Positions 8,714-18,448 of a stretch of 64,000 bases of DNA are shown here, one piece after another. The position numbers and the translations under genes were made by a program. The first letter of the stretch is position 1. Each line of letters starts with the position of its first letter. Source of the stretch: a virus (Duplodnaviria > Caudoviricetes); the IMG/VR virus record IMGVR_UViG_2687453464_000002, positions 1 to 64,000 of that record. The stretch is one strand, 5' to 3'. A model generated the notes under the pieces. That model ran no database searches and was not told the origin of the DNA. It saw only the letters and a program-made list of their open reading frames with translations.

Positions 8714-9280
8714 GTGTTTAGTAAGCAAGACCAATCGCATAATAATATTAAAAATGGTAGCGTTGTAGGTGGAAACCAATATAACCACACAACTAATATT
8801 GTTAGGAGCAGCAATAGAACTCTAGATCGCTTATATCAGAAACTATCAGAAGAAGAGGTAGTGGCTAATGATCAAGATTTTTGTGACAAGTTAAAACACT
8901 ATTTGGCAACAGACACAAACCCAGATATCAGAGATCTTGCTACTAAACTTGAAGATAGCGACAGAAGTGATTTGATATATTTTGCGACGGATCTGAAAGA
9001 GAAGGCGTTCAAGGCAATATTAAAATGTCAATCATCTAAAACAGCTCAAGAAATTTATGCACTAATTTTAGATAAAATACATACAGATTTTTCTTTGAAG
9101 GTAACTCCATTTATACAGCGTGATGATGACCGTATAATTGTTGATGAGAGGATATCATTGATTTTAGAAAATATCAGTGAGATATTAGGCGATAATTTGT
9201 TAGAATTAACAGAAAAGGACCTATTAGGTTTATTATATTTCTTGGGCGGAAACTGCCATATAAGGTGGGATAAATGTTAG
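8714..9280 (+). CDS. ABC-three-component CTD protein (LmuA-like) with an N-terminal amyloid-like motif and no recognisable enzyme domain
   Basis: C-terminal LLGLLYFLGGNCHIRW resembles ABC-3C CTD ends; GGGAG RBS favours GTG 8714 (track start 8705); N-terminal QSHNNIKNGSVVGGNQYN. Confidence 0.75.
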   Translation: MFSKQDQSHNNIKNGSVVGGNQYNHTTNIVRSSNRTLDRLYQKLSEEEVVANDQDFCDKLKHYLATDTNPDIRDLATKLEDSDRSDLIYFATDLKEKAFKAILKCQSSKTAQEIYALILDKIHTDFSLKVTPFIQRDDDRIIVDERISLILENISEILGDNLLELTEKDLLGLLYFLGGNCHIRWDKC

Positions 9281-9774
9281 TTTATCATCCAGCATATGAC
9301 GCTTATCATTGTCTTTTTAGAATGATGGCGATTATGGAGAGAGTTGGTGAAGTCGAAATTGATAAACTTAAGATGTTAGACTTTTACATTCTTTTTCCTT
9401 CATTGCTTAGCAGGGTTAGAATGCCTCGTCAGTTCTCAAAGATAAAGAAGAATGCTGAGCATGCTCATAATGAATATCATGATCCTTTAAACCCAGGCAT
9501 GACATTCAAAGAGATGCGACACATACAGGATGCCGCAATCAAATGCATGCTGGCTGCAGGATATATTTCACAAGAAGATTTTAACAATGGGTATGTTGTA
9601 AGAACAGACAAAAAATTACCAGAGAAACTTTCTTTGGATATGAGAGGGTTCTTGGAGCAAAAAGAACCTTTCTCATCATTTATTGTACAAAAACTAGCTC
9701 ATTTCCATTTAACTGGACCGGACGGACTTAAATCCAGAACTCAACTCATGGAGCATAGATATGACATTTCTTAA
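9274..9774 (+). CDS. ABC-three-component middle component (LmuC-like)
   Basis: YHPAYDAYHCLFRM...LDFYILFP...GLKSRTQLMEHRYD; 166 aa, overlaps both neighbours. Confidence 0.75.
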   Translation: MLVYHPAYDAYHCLFRMMAIMERVGEVEIDKLKMLDFYILFPSLLSRVRMPRQFSKIKKNAEHAHNEYHDPLNPGMTFKEMRHIQDAAIKCMLAAGYISQEDFNNGYVVRTDKKLPEKLSLDMRGFLEQKEPFSSFIVQKLAHFHLTGPDGLKSRTQLMEHRYDIS

Positions 9775-11665
9775 ACCAACGTTAATTGTTAATAAATTGT
9801 CTGTGTTTCAAAATGGACATTTAGCGTTTGACTGTGAGTTTCATAAGGGAGTCAATATCATTCGTGGGAGAAACAGTTCGGGTAAAACCACGGTCATGGA
9901 TATGTTGGCATTTTCTCTTGGTGCTGAAAACATCAGATGGAAGCCACAAGCGTTAAAATGTACAAGCACTGTAGTCGAAGTGTTACTAAATAACGAACTG
10001 GCTTGCTTTAAAAGAGAGATATCAACAGAAATCATGCGGCCCCTATATATTTATTGGGGTGATATGACTAGCGCATTAAAGGCTGGGGTGCATGAGTGGG
10101 AGTTGTACCCATTTAAGCGCTCTGAAAGCAAAATTAGTTTTACTCAAGCAATTTTCAATGCCTTAGGGATGCCTTTGGCTCAAGGTGCTGGTTCATCGAA
10201 CCTTACACTACATCAAGTATTACGTGTGCTGTATGCAGATCAACCATCGGTACATAGTCCAATATTTCGCTTTGATAAATTCGATAACGCCCTAACTCGG
10301 GAAACAGTTGGTGGGTACTTGTGTGGTGTCTACAACGATGAGTTATATAATGCTCAATTAACGCTAAGAGATGTTGAAAACGAGCTATCTAAAAAAATAA
10401 CAGAACTGCGCAGTATTTTTAATGTATTGGGCCGTTCTGGCCAAGCTCCAGAAATTCAGGGTATTGATGGAAAAATCAAAGAACTAACTGCTTTAAGAGA
10501 AGCGGAAAATAAGAAGCTAACAAATGCCACATTCATATCTTCTGAGATAGAAAACAAGTCAGAAAACAGCCTTGTCGCGTTAAGAGATGCGCTAAATAGA
10601 GCTAAAAGCAAAACATCAAAATTAAGAAACAAAATACAATCTTTAGAGTTTGAAATGTCAGACTCAGAAATGTTTATTTCTGAACTGCAGGATAGATTAC
10701 AAAACCTTGAGCAGTCAGGCGAAACACGTGGCATATTTGACAGCATGAATTTTGAATTCTGCCCTAGTTGCCTAACTAAAATTGGTGTTGCTGATAGCGT
10801 TCATACTTGCCATCTTTGTAAGTCAGAGCAATCAGATGACAAAGCGGCAAACCAATTATTAAGAATGAAAAATGAGTTAACACTACAAATTAAAGAGTCT
10901 CTTCAACTCATGAGTAGAAGAAGAGATGAGTTGGTTAAACTTAAGCGTGATGTACCTTTGGCGGATAATGAATTACATCAGCTAGAGCAAGAATATTTTA
11001 AAGATTCTAACTACTGGTCATCACCACAAGAAGCAATCTTAGGTGAAATATACAAGGCTATTGGCCGGCTGGATGAGGAGATAAAAAGGGCTTATGAGGA
11101 CAAAAAGCTTATTGTTGTCATCAACGAATTGCAGGAACAGCGTGATCACTTACAGTCTGAAAAAAATAGACTAGATGACCTTATTGATATGTATGAAAAA
11201 GCCGAGGAGAAACTTAAGGATAAAATACATAGTTCAATAAGTACCATTGCTCAGGAACTACTGCAAGAAGATTTACCTCTGCAAAAAGAGTTTATTTCAC
11301 CTGAGCACGTAGAATTTAGCTTTACTGACAACAGTGTCTATGTCAATGGAAGCAAAAACTTCTCTGAAAGTTCTGCCGTTGTATTAAGGCATGTTTTCCA
11401 TTTAGCGCTTCTATCTGCGAGTATGGAAAATCCATCAATGAGACTCCCGAGATTTATGATGCTTGACGGAATCGACGACGGTGGTATGGAGAAAGACAGA
11501 AGCCATAATTTACAGCAAATTATTATTGATGAATGTTCAAGATACGAATACGACTACCAATTGATTTTCGCAACTTCAGAAATAAATCCAAAATATCAAG
11601 AAAGTGAGTATGTTGTGGGTGAATATTACTCACCTGACAACTACTCTTTGAAAATAATAGAATAA
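9761..11665 (+). CDS. lmuB: SMC/Rad50-like ABC ATPase (Lamassu LmuB-like sensor)
   Basis: Walker A GRNSSGKT, coiled coils flanking CPSC...CHLC, degenerate signature FSESS, Walker B MMLDGIDDGG. Confidence 0.85.
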   Translation: MTFLKPTLIVNKLSVFQNGHLAFDCEFHKGVNIIRGRNSSGKTTVMDMLAFSLGAENIRWKPQALKCTSTVVEVLLNNELACFKREISTEIMRPLYIYWGDMTSALKAGVHEWELYPFKRSESKISFTQAIFNALGMPLAQGAGSSNLTLHQVLRVLYADQPSVHSPIFRFDKFDNALTRETVGGYLCGVYNDELYNAQLTLRDVENELSKKITELRSIFNVLGRSGQAPEIQGIDGKIKELTALREAENKKLTNATFISSEIENKSENSLVALRDALNRAKSKTSKLRNKIQSLEFEMSDSEMFISELQDRLQNLEQSGETRGIFDSMNFEFCPSCLTKIGVADSVHTCHLCKSEQSDDKAANQLLRMKNELTLQIKESLQLMSRRRDELVKLKRDVPLADNELHQLEQEYFKDSNYWSSPQEAILGEIYKAIGRLDEEIKRAYEDKKLIVVINELQEQRDHLQSEKNRLDDLIDMYEKAEEKLKDKIHSSISTIAQELLQEDLPLQKEFISPEHVEFSFTDNSVYVNGSKNFSESSAVVLRHVFHLALLSASMENPSMRLPRFMMLDGIDDGGMEKDRSHNLQQIIIDECSRYEYDYQLIFATSEINPKYQESEYVVGEYYSPDNYSLKIIE

Positions 11666-11669
11666 CAGA

Positions 11670-11703
11670 ATAAATAGCCGAGTTTTACCGCTCGGCTATT
11701 TAT
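11670..11703. terminator. Bidirectional terminator between the defence operon and the portal gene
   Basis: 13-bp perfect inverted repeat ATAAATAGCCGAG / CTCGGCTATTTAT. Confidence 0.75.
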
Positions 11704-11720
11704 CTGAGCTCTTGAACACC

Positions 11721-12764
11721 TTACTCATTAAGAATTAGAGAGTAAGGCGAGAACTGAATAACTTCCTCCCCTATCCAGTGATTTAACTCCTGCATTCTCC
11801 GCTGCAGCGGTATCAACTCATTGCGAACAAACACCTCGCTCGCCTCCTTCACGTTGCCAAATCCGCCAGCGTTCTCCGGCACGATACACATTAGTTGCGG
11901 CGGTACACGGTGCGCGTGCAACTGGTCATCACGGGTCACGTTTTTGATATTCCAGAACTCATCCTTCGCAGCAACCTCACTCAGCGGGATGATCTGAATG
12001 CCGTCCTTCTTGCCGTTCGGCGAGTACATGAACAGGTTGCGGAAGTTGCCAGGTCCGCGCGCGCCCTTCATCGCGTTGCGGATGTTATCCACGTCAGTCT
12101 GGCTGGCGGCCGCATCGCTCATATACATGATAAAGCCAGCGTGACTGCCGTTCTGGTAATACTTGCGGCGGAATAACGTGGCCGACTCATTGAGCCATGC
12201 CGAGTTAAGCGCCGACAGATATTCTGGCAAGCCGTAAATCTCCTGGTTGATATCAGGCTCCAGCAAGTGAAACACGCTATCGGTGTCGAATTGGTAAGGG
12301 TCAACGCCCAGGCCATACTGCACAAACCAATAGGTATCCAGATCGACACCGCGGCGTGTGTATTTCGCCAGCGAGGGCTTAAGTTCCATCGGGCCGCCGA
12401 GGCGGTTGGTCCGAAGTTCCAGGTAGGCGTTGCCAAACACCAAGTAATCCTGCACGAAACGGCTGAAGGCCTGCTGACTCAACAGACGATGAGGCTTAAA
12501 TGTGCTGGTCAAGATATTACGTTTCACATACAGCGGTGAGCTATGGTGAACCGTGGCGCGGAACGTCCTAGCCAAGCCATCGAAACTGATCGGCGGCTCA
12601 TACCATTTATCCATGCGCACACACTCGACGTAATCAAGTAGCTCCCGGCGGTCGAGCACCGGGACGGGATCGCCAAAGGTGAATGCTTCAACCCCTGCCG
12701 CGCCGGCAGCTTGTTTTTGGGCGTGAACTGGCGGTAATGCGCGTTTTTTATGACGCTTGCTCAT
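11721..12764 (-). CDS. Q: Portal protein, P2 gpQ
   Basis: EAFTFGDPVPVLDRRELLDY; YGLPEYLSA. Confidence 0.95.
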   Translation of the reverse strand: MSKRHKKRALPPVHAQKQAAGAAGVEAFTFGDPVPVLDRRELLDYVECVRMDKWYEPPISFDGLARTFRATVHHSSPLYVKRNILTSTFKPHRLLSQQAFSRFVQDYLVFGNAYLELRTNRLGGPMELKPSLAKYTRRGVDLDTYWFVQYGLGVDPYQFDTDSVFHLLEPDINQEIYGLPEYLSALNSAWLNESATLFRRKYYQNGSHAGFIMYMSDAAASQTDVDNIRNAMKGARGPGNFRNLFMYSPNGKKDGIQIIPLSEVAAKDEFWNIKNVTRDDQLHAHRVPPQLMCIVPENAGGFGNVKEASEVFVRNELIPLQRRMQELNHWIGEEVIQFSPYSLILNE

Positions 12765-14531
12765 TTAAAAAATCTCCACAATGTTGCTGTTGCCCGCCGT
12801 GACGCCTTCGAGCGGTTCATTGAACAGTGCATGCATAGTTGCCCATGCCAGATCGGCATGGCTGGCTTCTTCGCTGCGGCTGGCTTCATACGTTGGCCGG
12901 CTACCGCTGGCGGTCATAGCTTTGCGGATGGCCATAAAGGATTGGGTGATGTCGGTGTGTCCGGCGTCATACTCCAGGCGCCGGTGTGTGATGATGTCTT
13001 TGGCTTTCAGCACCAGGGCGTTTTTCACCTCCGGGCGATAGACAAACTCCCGCACCGCAGGGAAGAACTGCTTCACCAGTTGGTAAACGCCGTGGCCAAC
13101 GCCAGTGGAGTCGATGCCGATGTACTGAACGTTGTAGCACTCGGTCAAAAGCTTGATGCTTTTCGCCTGGGCGGCAAAGTCCATGCCGCGCCACTGGTGG
13201 CGCTCCAAAATGCGGAATTTCCCGCCCGATACCATTGGCGGTGCCACAACAACACAGCCTGCACTGTCACCTGACGCAGAGCCTTTGGCCGGGTCATAAC
13301 CGATCCACACTGGCCGATACCCGAAAGGCCTGATGGCCAGCGCTTCGAAATCATCCCACTGCTCCCAGCTATCGACCATGCACCCCTGCATTTCAGTGAG
13401 TGGGAACACCGACGCCATATCGTCGATAAGCTCACACATCAGCAGGTTCTGATAATCCTCCGGGCCGTATTCAAGCCGCAGCTGATCTAGGTCAAACAGG
13501 TTGCACCCGCCGTTAACTGCATCTTCGACGGTAATGATTTGGCGATACTGGCCATCCGGGCAGAGAACGCCGCGCGCCAGGTTGGCATGGGTGAGATCGA
13601 TATCAACCCGATCAGCCTTGGCGCGGCCTTTGTTGTACAGGGCGCCGGACCAGAATGGGTAGGCGCTATGGGTAAGGCTCGACGGCGTTGAAAAGTAGGT
13701 CTGGCGCCATTTCTTGTGCAGCGCCATGCCGGAGGCAACTTTGCGCAGCTCCTGGAAGCGAGGGATCCAAAAATATTCATCAAGGTACAAGTTGCCGTGA
13801 TAACTCTGCGCGGTGCGGGCATTTGTGCCGAGGAAGTAGAGACACGCGCCGTTGCCGAGGGTCATCGGGTCGCCCTTCAACTCAACATCCACTTCGCGGG
13901 CAAACTCGATGATGTACTGCTTGAAAACGTGCGCCTGCGCCTTACTCGCTGACAGGAAGATTTGGTTTCGGCCTGTAGTGATGGCATCGATCAGGGCTTC
14001 GCGCGCAAAGTAGAAAGTCGCGCCGATCTGGCGGGACTTCAGCAGGTTGCGAATGCGGTGTTTGGCGCCGGCTTCAAACCAGTTGCGTTGATATTTGAAC
14101 AGAGAATCATGGAAAATTTCGGTCAGTTTTTCCGTCTGTTCATCGCTGAAAACATTCTTCTCGGGCGCCTTGCGAGGGCCGCTGTTGCGGTTGGCCACGT
14201 TCGGGTTTAAGTCGGCTTCATTGCCGCCGCTATTGAATTTCCCGATCCTGGCAAGCCGCTCCCCCTGGCGGGCGATCAGGTCGATTTCCTTGAAGTCTTT
14301 CCCTTCTTTGTGCTCCTTCATCACCAGCTGGCAATAGCGCGCTGTTGTGGTAAGTTGCATTTGCTCAAGCGGGCCAATGCTCCCCCACTTGTCGCGTTTC
14401 TTCCAGCTGTGTACTGTTGCAGCCTTCTCTCCCAGCATTTCAGCAATGCGGGATATGCGTAACCCCTGAAAGTACAGGAACATCGCCTGTCTGCGGGGAT
14501 CAAGATCGGTGTTGAGCGTCGTCGTTGTCAT
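12765..14531 (-). CDS. P: Terminase ATPase subunit, P2 gpP
   Basis: LKSRQIGAT, LYLDEYFW and GYDPA motifs. Confidence 0.95.
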   Translation of the reverse strand: MTTTTLNTDLDPRRQAMFLYFQGLRISRIAEMLGEKAATVHSWKKRDKWGSIGPLEQMQLTTTARYCQLVMKEHKEGKDFKEIDLIARQGERLARIGKFNSGGNEADLNPNVANRNSGPRKAPEKNVFSDEQTEKLTEIFHDSLFKYQRNWFEAGAKHRIRNLLKSRQIGATFYFAREALIDAITTGRNQIFLSASKAQAHVFKQYIIEFAREVDVELKGDPMTLGNGACLYFLGTNARTAQSYHGNLYLDEYFWIPRFQELRKVASGMALHKKWRQTYFSTPSSLTHSAYPFWSGALYNKGRAKADRVDIDLTHANLARGVLCPDGQYRQIITVEDAVNGGCNLFDLDQLRLEYGPEDYQNLLMCELIDDMASVFPLTEMQGCMVDSWEQWDDFEALAIRPFGYRPVWIGYDPAKGSASGDSAGCVVVAPPMVSGGKFRILERHQWRGMDFAAQAKSIKLLTECYNVQYIGIDSTGVGHGVYQLVKQFFPAVREFVYRPEVKNALVLKAKDIITHRRLEYDAGHTDITQSFMAIRKAMTASGSRPTYEASRSEEASHADLAWATMHALFNEPLEGVTAGNSNIVEIF

Positions 14532-14577
14532 GGCGCCAGACTACCGACCGGCCGCGCCGCCATCCTTTCCCGGCCAT

Positions 14578-14595
14578 TGTGCCAAACACCACACA
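14578..14595. promoter_or_regulatory. Ogr-binding site at the P/O late promoters
   Basis: TGT-N12-ACA (TGTGCCAAACACCACACA). Confidence 0.75.
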
Positions 14596-14674
14596 ATGCC
14601 CTTTCGTTGTCTCCCCTCCCTATTCGCCGCAACCATAAGCCTGACCGATTACCGACACTGACCGGAACAGACTA

Positions 14675-15508
14675 ATGACACTTAAATCAAAGCGTTTTCG
14701 TATTGCCGTAGAGGGTGCGACAACCGACGGCCGCAACATTAGCCGCGAATGGCTGACGCAGATGGCCAAGAACTACAACCCATCCGTTTATGGCGCGCGG
14801 GTAAATCTGGAACACATCAAGGGATATCATCCCGATAGCTCCTTCCGTCGTTTCGGTGATGTAACCGGCCTGACAGCGGAGGAAATTACCGAGGGTCCAC
14901 TGGCCGGGAAGATGGCGCTTTATGGCGACATCGCACCAACCGCGGACCTGGTCGAAATGGTTAAGCGGGCGCAGAAGGTTTACACCTCGATCGAGGTAAA
15001 CCCGAAATTTGCCGATACCGGCGAAGCCTACCTGATCGGCCTGGCCGTAACCGACGACCCGGCCAGCCTGGGTACCGAATACCTCGCGTTCAGTGCGTCC
15101 GCATCAGCAAACCCATTGGCTAACCGCAAGCAGCATAAAGACAACCTCTTTACCGCGGCAGAAGAAGCCCTGATCGAATTTGTGGAGCAGGAAGACCAAA
15201 AAACCGGCCTGCTGTCCCGCATCACGGCGATGTTCGCCAAGCGAAACGCCAATGACGACGCGCGCTTTTCTGACGTGAATCAGGCTGTGGAGCTGGTCGC
15301 CGGCGAAGTACAGAGCCTCGGTGATAGCGTCGCCAAGCTCAACACCACTGCTGAAAAAGTGCCGGCGCTGGAAACCCAGATCACCGCACTGAGCAAGCAA
15401 CTTAACGACCTGCAGACCAACCTGAGCAAGCAGGACCGCAATCCGAAGTTTCGCCCGTTAACACCTGGCGGCGGCGGTGAAAGCAACGGAGAAAAAACCG
15501 ACTGCTAA
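14675..15508 (+). CDS. O: Capsid scaffolding/protease, gpO
   Basis: FRIAVEGATTDGR; GLAVTDDPASLGTE. Confidence 0.95.
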   Translation: MTLKSKRFRIAVEGATTDGRNISREWLTQMAKNYNPSVYGARVNLEHIKGYHPDSSFRRFGDVTGLTAEEITEGPLAGKMALYGDIAPTADLVEMVKRAQKVYTSIEVNPKFADTGEAYLIGLAVTDDPASLGTEYLAFSASASANPLANRKQHKDNLFTAAEEALIEFVEQEDQKTGLLSRITAMFAKRNANDDARFSDVNQAVELVAGEVQSLGDSVAKLNTTAEKVPALETQITALSKQLNDLQTNLSKQDRNPKFRPLTPGGGGESNGEKTDC

Positions 15509-15568
15509 ACGCAGTGCCACGGCATACCCCATAGGGCATAGAAAACTGATTACGGAGAGTTACCGATT

Positions 15569-16633
15569 ATGCGCAATGAAACGCGATTTAAATTTAACGC
15601 CTACCTGACCACCCTGGGTGAGTTGAACGGTGTAGCCGTCGAATTCAGCACTAAATTTGCGGTAGAGCCTTCTATCGCTCAAAAGCTGGAAGACAAAATC
15701 CAGGAAAGCGCCGCATTCCTGCAGATGATCAATATTTTCCCGGTGACAGAGCAATCAGGTCAGCGCTTGGGGCTGGGTGTAGGCACAACGATCGCTGGCA
15801 CTACTGACACCTCAACCAAAGAGCGTGAGACGACGGATCCGAGCGGCCTGGACTCCATCGAGTACAAGTGCGAACAAACCAACTTCGACACTTCGATCAA
15901 TTACGGGAAATTGGACCTGTGGGCCAAGTTCCAGGATTTCCAGAAACGCATCCGTGACGCCATCGTGTTACGCCAGGCACTGGACCGCATCATGATCGGC
16001 TTTAACGGCGTGAAGCGTGAAAAGACGTCGAACCGTACCGCCAACCCATTGCTGCAGGACGTTAATATTGGCTGGCTGCAGAAATATCGTACCGACGCCC
16101 CGGAACGCGTGATGGATAAAATCGTGGATGACGAAGGGGCTGTAGTTTCGCCCGTGATCCGCGTGGGTGAGAACGGCGACTTCGCCAACCTGGATGCCGT
16201 TGTGATGGACGCCGTGAACAACCTGATCGATCCGTGGTTCCAGGATGATACGGATCTGGTGGTGATTTGCGGCCGCGGCCTGCTGGCGGATAAATACTTC
16301 CCGTTGGTGAACCAGTCGCAGCCAAACACCGAAGCGCTGGCCGCTGATCTGATTATCAGCCAGAAACGCATGGGCGGCCTGCAGGCTGTTCGCGCACCCT
16401 TCTTCCCGGCCAACGCCATGCTGATTACCCGCCTGGATAACCTGTCCATCTACTGGCAGGAAGACACCCGCCGCCGGCTGATTATCGACAACCCAAAACG
16501 CGACCGCATCGAAAACTTCGAGTCGGTTAACGAGGCCTATGTGGTTGAAGATTACGGCTGTGGTTGCCTGATCGAAAACATCAAACTCGGCAAGTTTGCG
16601 GCGCCAGCGCCGGAAGCACCGGCGGGCGAATAA
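15569..16633 (+). CDS. N: Major capsid protein, gpN
   Basis: MRNETRFKFNAY; ALDRIMIGFNG. Confidence 0.95.
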   Translation: MRNETRFKFNAYLTTLGELNGVAVEFSTKFAVEPSIAQKLEDKIQESAAFLQMINIFPVTEQSGQRLGLGVGTTIAGTTDTSTKERETTDPSGLDSIEYKCEQTNFDTSINYGKLDLWAKFQDFQKRIRDAIVLRQALDRIMIGFNGVKREKTSNRTANPLLQDVNIGWLQKYRTDAPERVMDKIVDDEGAVVSPVIRVGENGDFANLDAVVMDAVNNLIDPWFQDDTDLVVICGRGLLADKYFPLVNQSQPNTEALAADLIISQKRMGGLQAVRAPFFPANAMLITRLDNLSIYWQEDTRRRLIIDNPKRDRIENFESVNEAYVVEDYGCGCLIENIKLGKFAAPAPEAPAGE

Positions 16634-16644
16634 GGGGCTAACTG

Positions 16645-17307
16645 ATGGCCCTGAGCCCAGCACAGCGCCATATGGTCTATGTGCAAGCAAAAGAGGCCGC
16701 CCGCCAGGGCGGCGCTCTAAGCCGACATGCCAATGGCTATGAAATGATGCTCCTGAAAATTGAAGAGGACAGCCGCCGACTGAAGCGGGTGCAATCTCAG
16801 GAGAAAAAAGCCGAAGTTAAGCGCGAAATTCTCCCCCATTACTCCCCGTGGGTGGCCGGAGTGCTGCAGACCGGCATGGGTGCGCAAGATGACGTAATCA
16901 TGCATGTGATGGTCTGGCGCATCGACGCCGGCGATTACAACGGCGCCATCGACATCGCGGAGTACGCACTCAAACATGGCCTAGTCATGCCAAGCCGATA
17001 TGCACGCCAAACCGCCTGCGCAGTAGCCGAAGAGATCGCGGATAGCGCCCTGAAAGCCTACGACGCCAAGCAACCGGTAAATCTCTCCATCCTGACGCGC
17101 CTCATGAGCCTGATCGAAGACCACGACATGCCGGATGAAGTGCGCGCCAAGCTGCACAAAGTCATGGGCTACGGGTTACGGGATAACGAACAGCCTGAGT
17201 TAGCGCTCAACCAGTTAAACCGAGCCTTCCAACTGCATGAGCGGGTTGGTGTGAAAAAAGACATTGAACGACTCGAACGCGAGTTGAAGAAGGCCGAGAA
17301 CGGCTAA
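16645..17307 (+). CDS. M: Terminase endonuclease subunit, gpM
   Basis: SPAQRH...VWRIDAGDY...GVKKDIERLER. Confidence 0.92.
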   Translation: MALSPAQRHMVYVQAKEAARQGGALSRHANGYEMMLLKIEEDSRRLKRVQSQEKKAEVKREILPHYSPWVAGVLQTGMGAQDDVIMHVMVWRIDAGDYNGAIDIAEYALKHGLVMPSRYARQTACAVAEEIADSALKAYDAKQPVNLSILTRLMSLIEDHDMPDEVRAKLHKVMGYGLRDNEQPELALNQLNRAFQLHERVGVKKDIERLERELKKAENG

Positions 17308-17405
17308 ACCGAACGTGCCCACGCGCGGGGCGGCACGGGCGTTGCGACAGGTTTTATACCGCATCAATACGCCCGTCCACCGCCCACCCATTGAGAGCCT
17401 TGATC

Positions 17406-17870
17406 ATGAAATTTGTGGCACCAGGCCAGACCGGCGAGGAAAAGCAGGTAATCAAGAACACGCAATTTTGGCCGGATGTCGATCTGTCCGATTTGCAGGA
17501 GTCTATCAGGACCGATGGAACAATCACCCCGCAACGCCTGCGTCATGCGGCGCTGAATGCCATTGCGGAAGTGAATGGCGAATTGACCCTGTGGCGACAA
17601 GCGCAGCAGACCGCCGGCTTTACCGCTCTGGAAAATGTGCCGGCAGAAGAGTTGGACGACGAAAGCGTTTTACTTCAGCACTACAGCCGCGCGGTGTACT
17701 GCATCACAAAGGCCAATTTAAACGAACGGTATCGCGATTTTGATGCCACTGGGGCTGGCGGGAAGCGAGCCGACGAAATGGACGAATCCATTGATGAACT
17801 CTGGCGGGATGCTCGCTGGGCCATGCGACTGATCCAGGGCGAAAAACACATGACTGTAGAGCTGATCTGA
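17406..17870 (+). CDS. L: Head completion protein, gpL
   Basis: FWPDVDL...LWRDARWA...TVELI. Confidence 0.9.
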   Translation: MKFVAPGQTGEEKQVIKNTQFWPDVDLSDLQESIRTDGTITPQRLRHAALNAIAEVNGELTLWRQAQQTAGFTALENVPAEELDDESVLLQHYSRAVYCITKANLNERYRDFDATGAGGKRADEMDESIDELWRDARWAMRLIQGEKHMTVELI

Positions 17871-18073
17871 TGAAAGTGATAGCCCACCAAAACGACACTG
17901 TTGATGAGTTGTGCTGGCGACACTATGGCCGCACTGCGGGGCTATCCGAAGTCGTCTTATTGGCCAATCCAGGTCTGGCAGAAATCGGGCCATTTATTCC
18001 ACACGGCACGCCGGTAGAAATGCCGGACATTGCGCCGACACCCACACAGCAAATTATTCAACTTTGGGATTGA
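17870..18073 (+). CDS. X: Tail protein gpX
   Basis: DTVDELCWRHYG...ANPGL...QLWD. Confidence 0.92.
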   Translation: MKVIAHQNDTVDELCWRHYGRTAGLSEVVLLANPGLAEIGPFIPHGTPVEMPDIAPTPTQQIIQLWD

Positions 18074-18077
18074 TGTC

Positions 18078-18446
18078 ATGGGCGAACCAGTAACAAGCGG
18101 CACCACTTTATTCGCATTTGGCGGGATCACGCTTCTCTCCGTCTTGTCCGGCGACGCCGCGCCAATTGTACTCGGCGCCTTTGGTGGCGCCTCATTGTTT
18201 GTGCTGGCGTCGCAGGAGTTAACGCTGAAGCGGCGCGGCGCGCTATGGATAAGCAGCTTTATTGCTGGTTGCCTGTTCGCGCCGATGGCGGCCGCACTAC
18301 TGAAGAGAGCCACCGGGCTGGATGTTGAGGTGAAGCTGGGCGCCGGCGCCTTCGTTGCTGCAGGCGTGGCCATCAAAATCCTGCTGGTTGCGCTTCAGAA
18401 ACTGGACGGGGATAGCCCGATTTTCCGCATATTCAGGGGGAAATAA
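18078..18446 (+). CDS. Putative holin
   Basis: Multi-TM, first gene of the lysis module. Confidence 0.65.
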   Translation: MGEPVTSGTTLFAFGGITLLSVLSGDAAPIVLGAFGGASLFVLASQELTLKRRGALWISSFIAGCLFAPMAAALLKRATGLDVEVKLGAGAFVAAGVAIKILLVALQKLDGDSPIFRIFRGK

Positions 18447-18448
18447 CC

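Noticed and set aside
8518-9280. Idea that the 60-aa ORF and the CTD gene are one frameshifted gene
   Set aside because: Each has its own RBS and start, there is a clean stop and no slippery run at the junction, and the motif is present once in each
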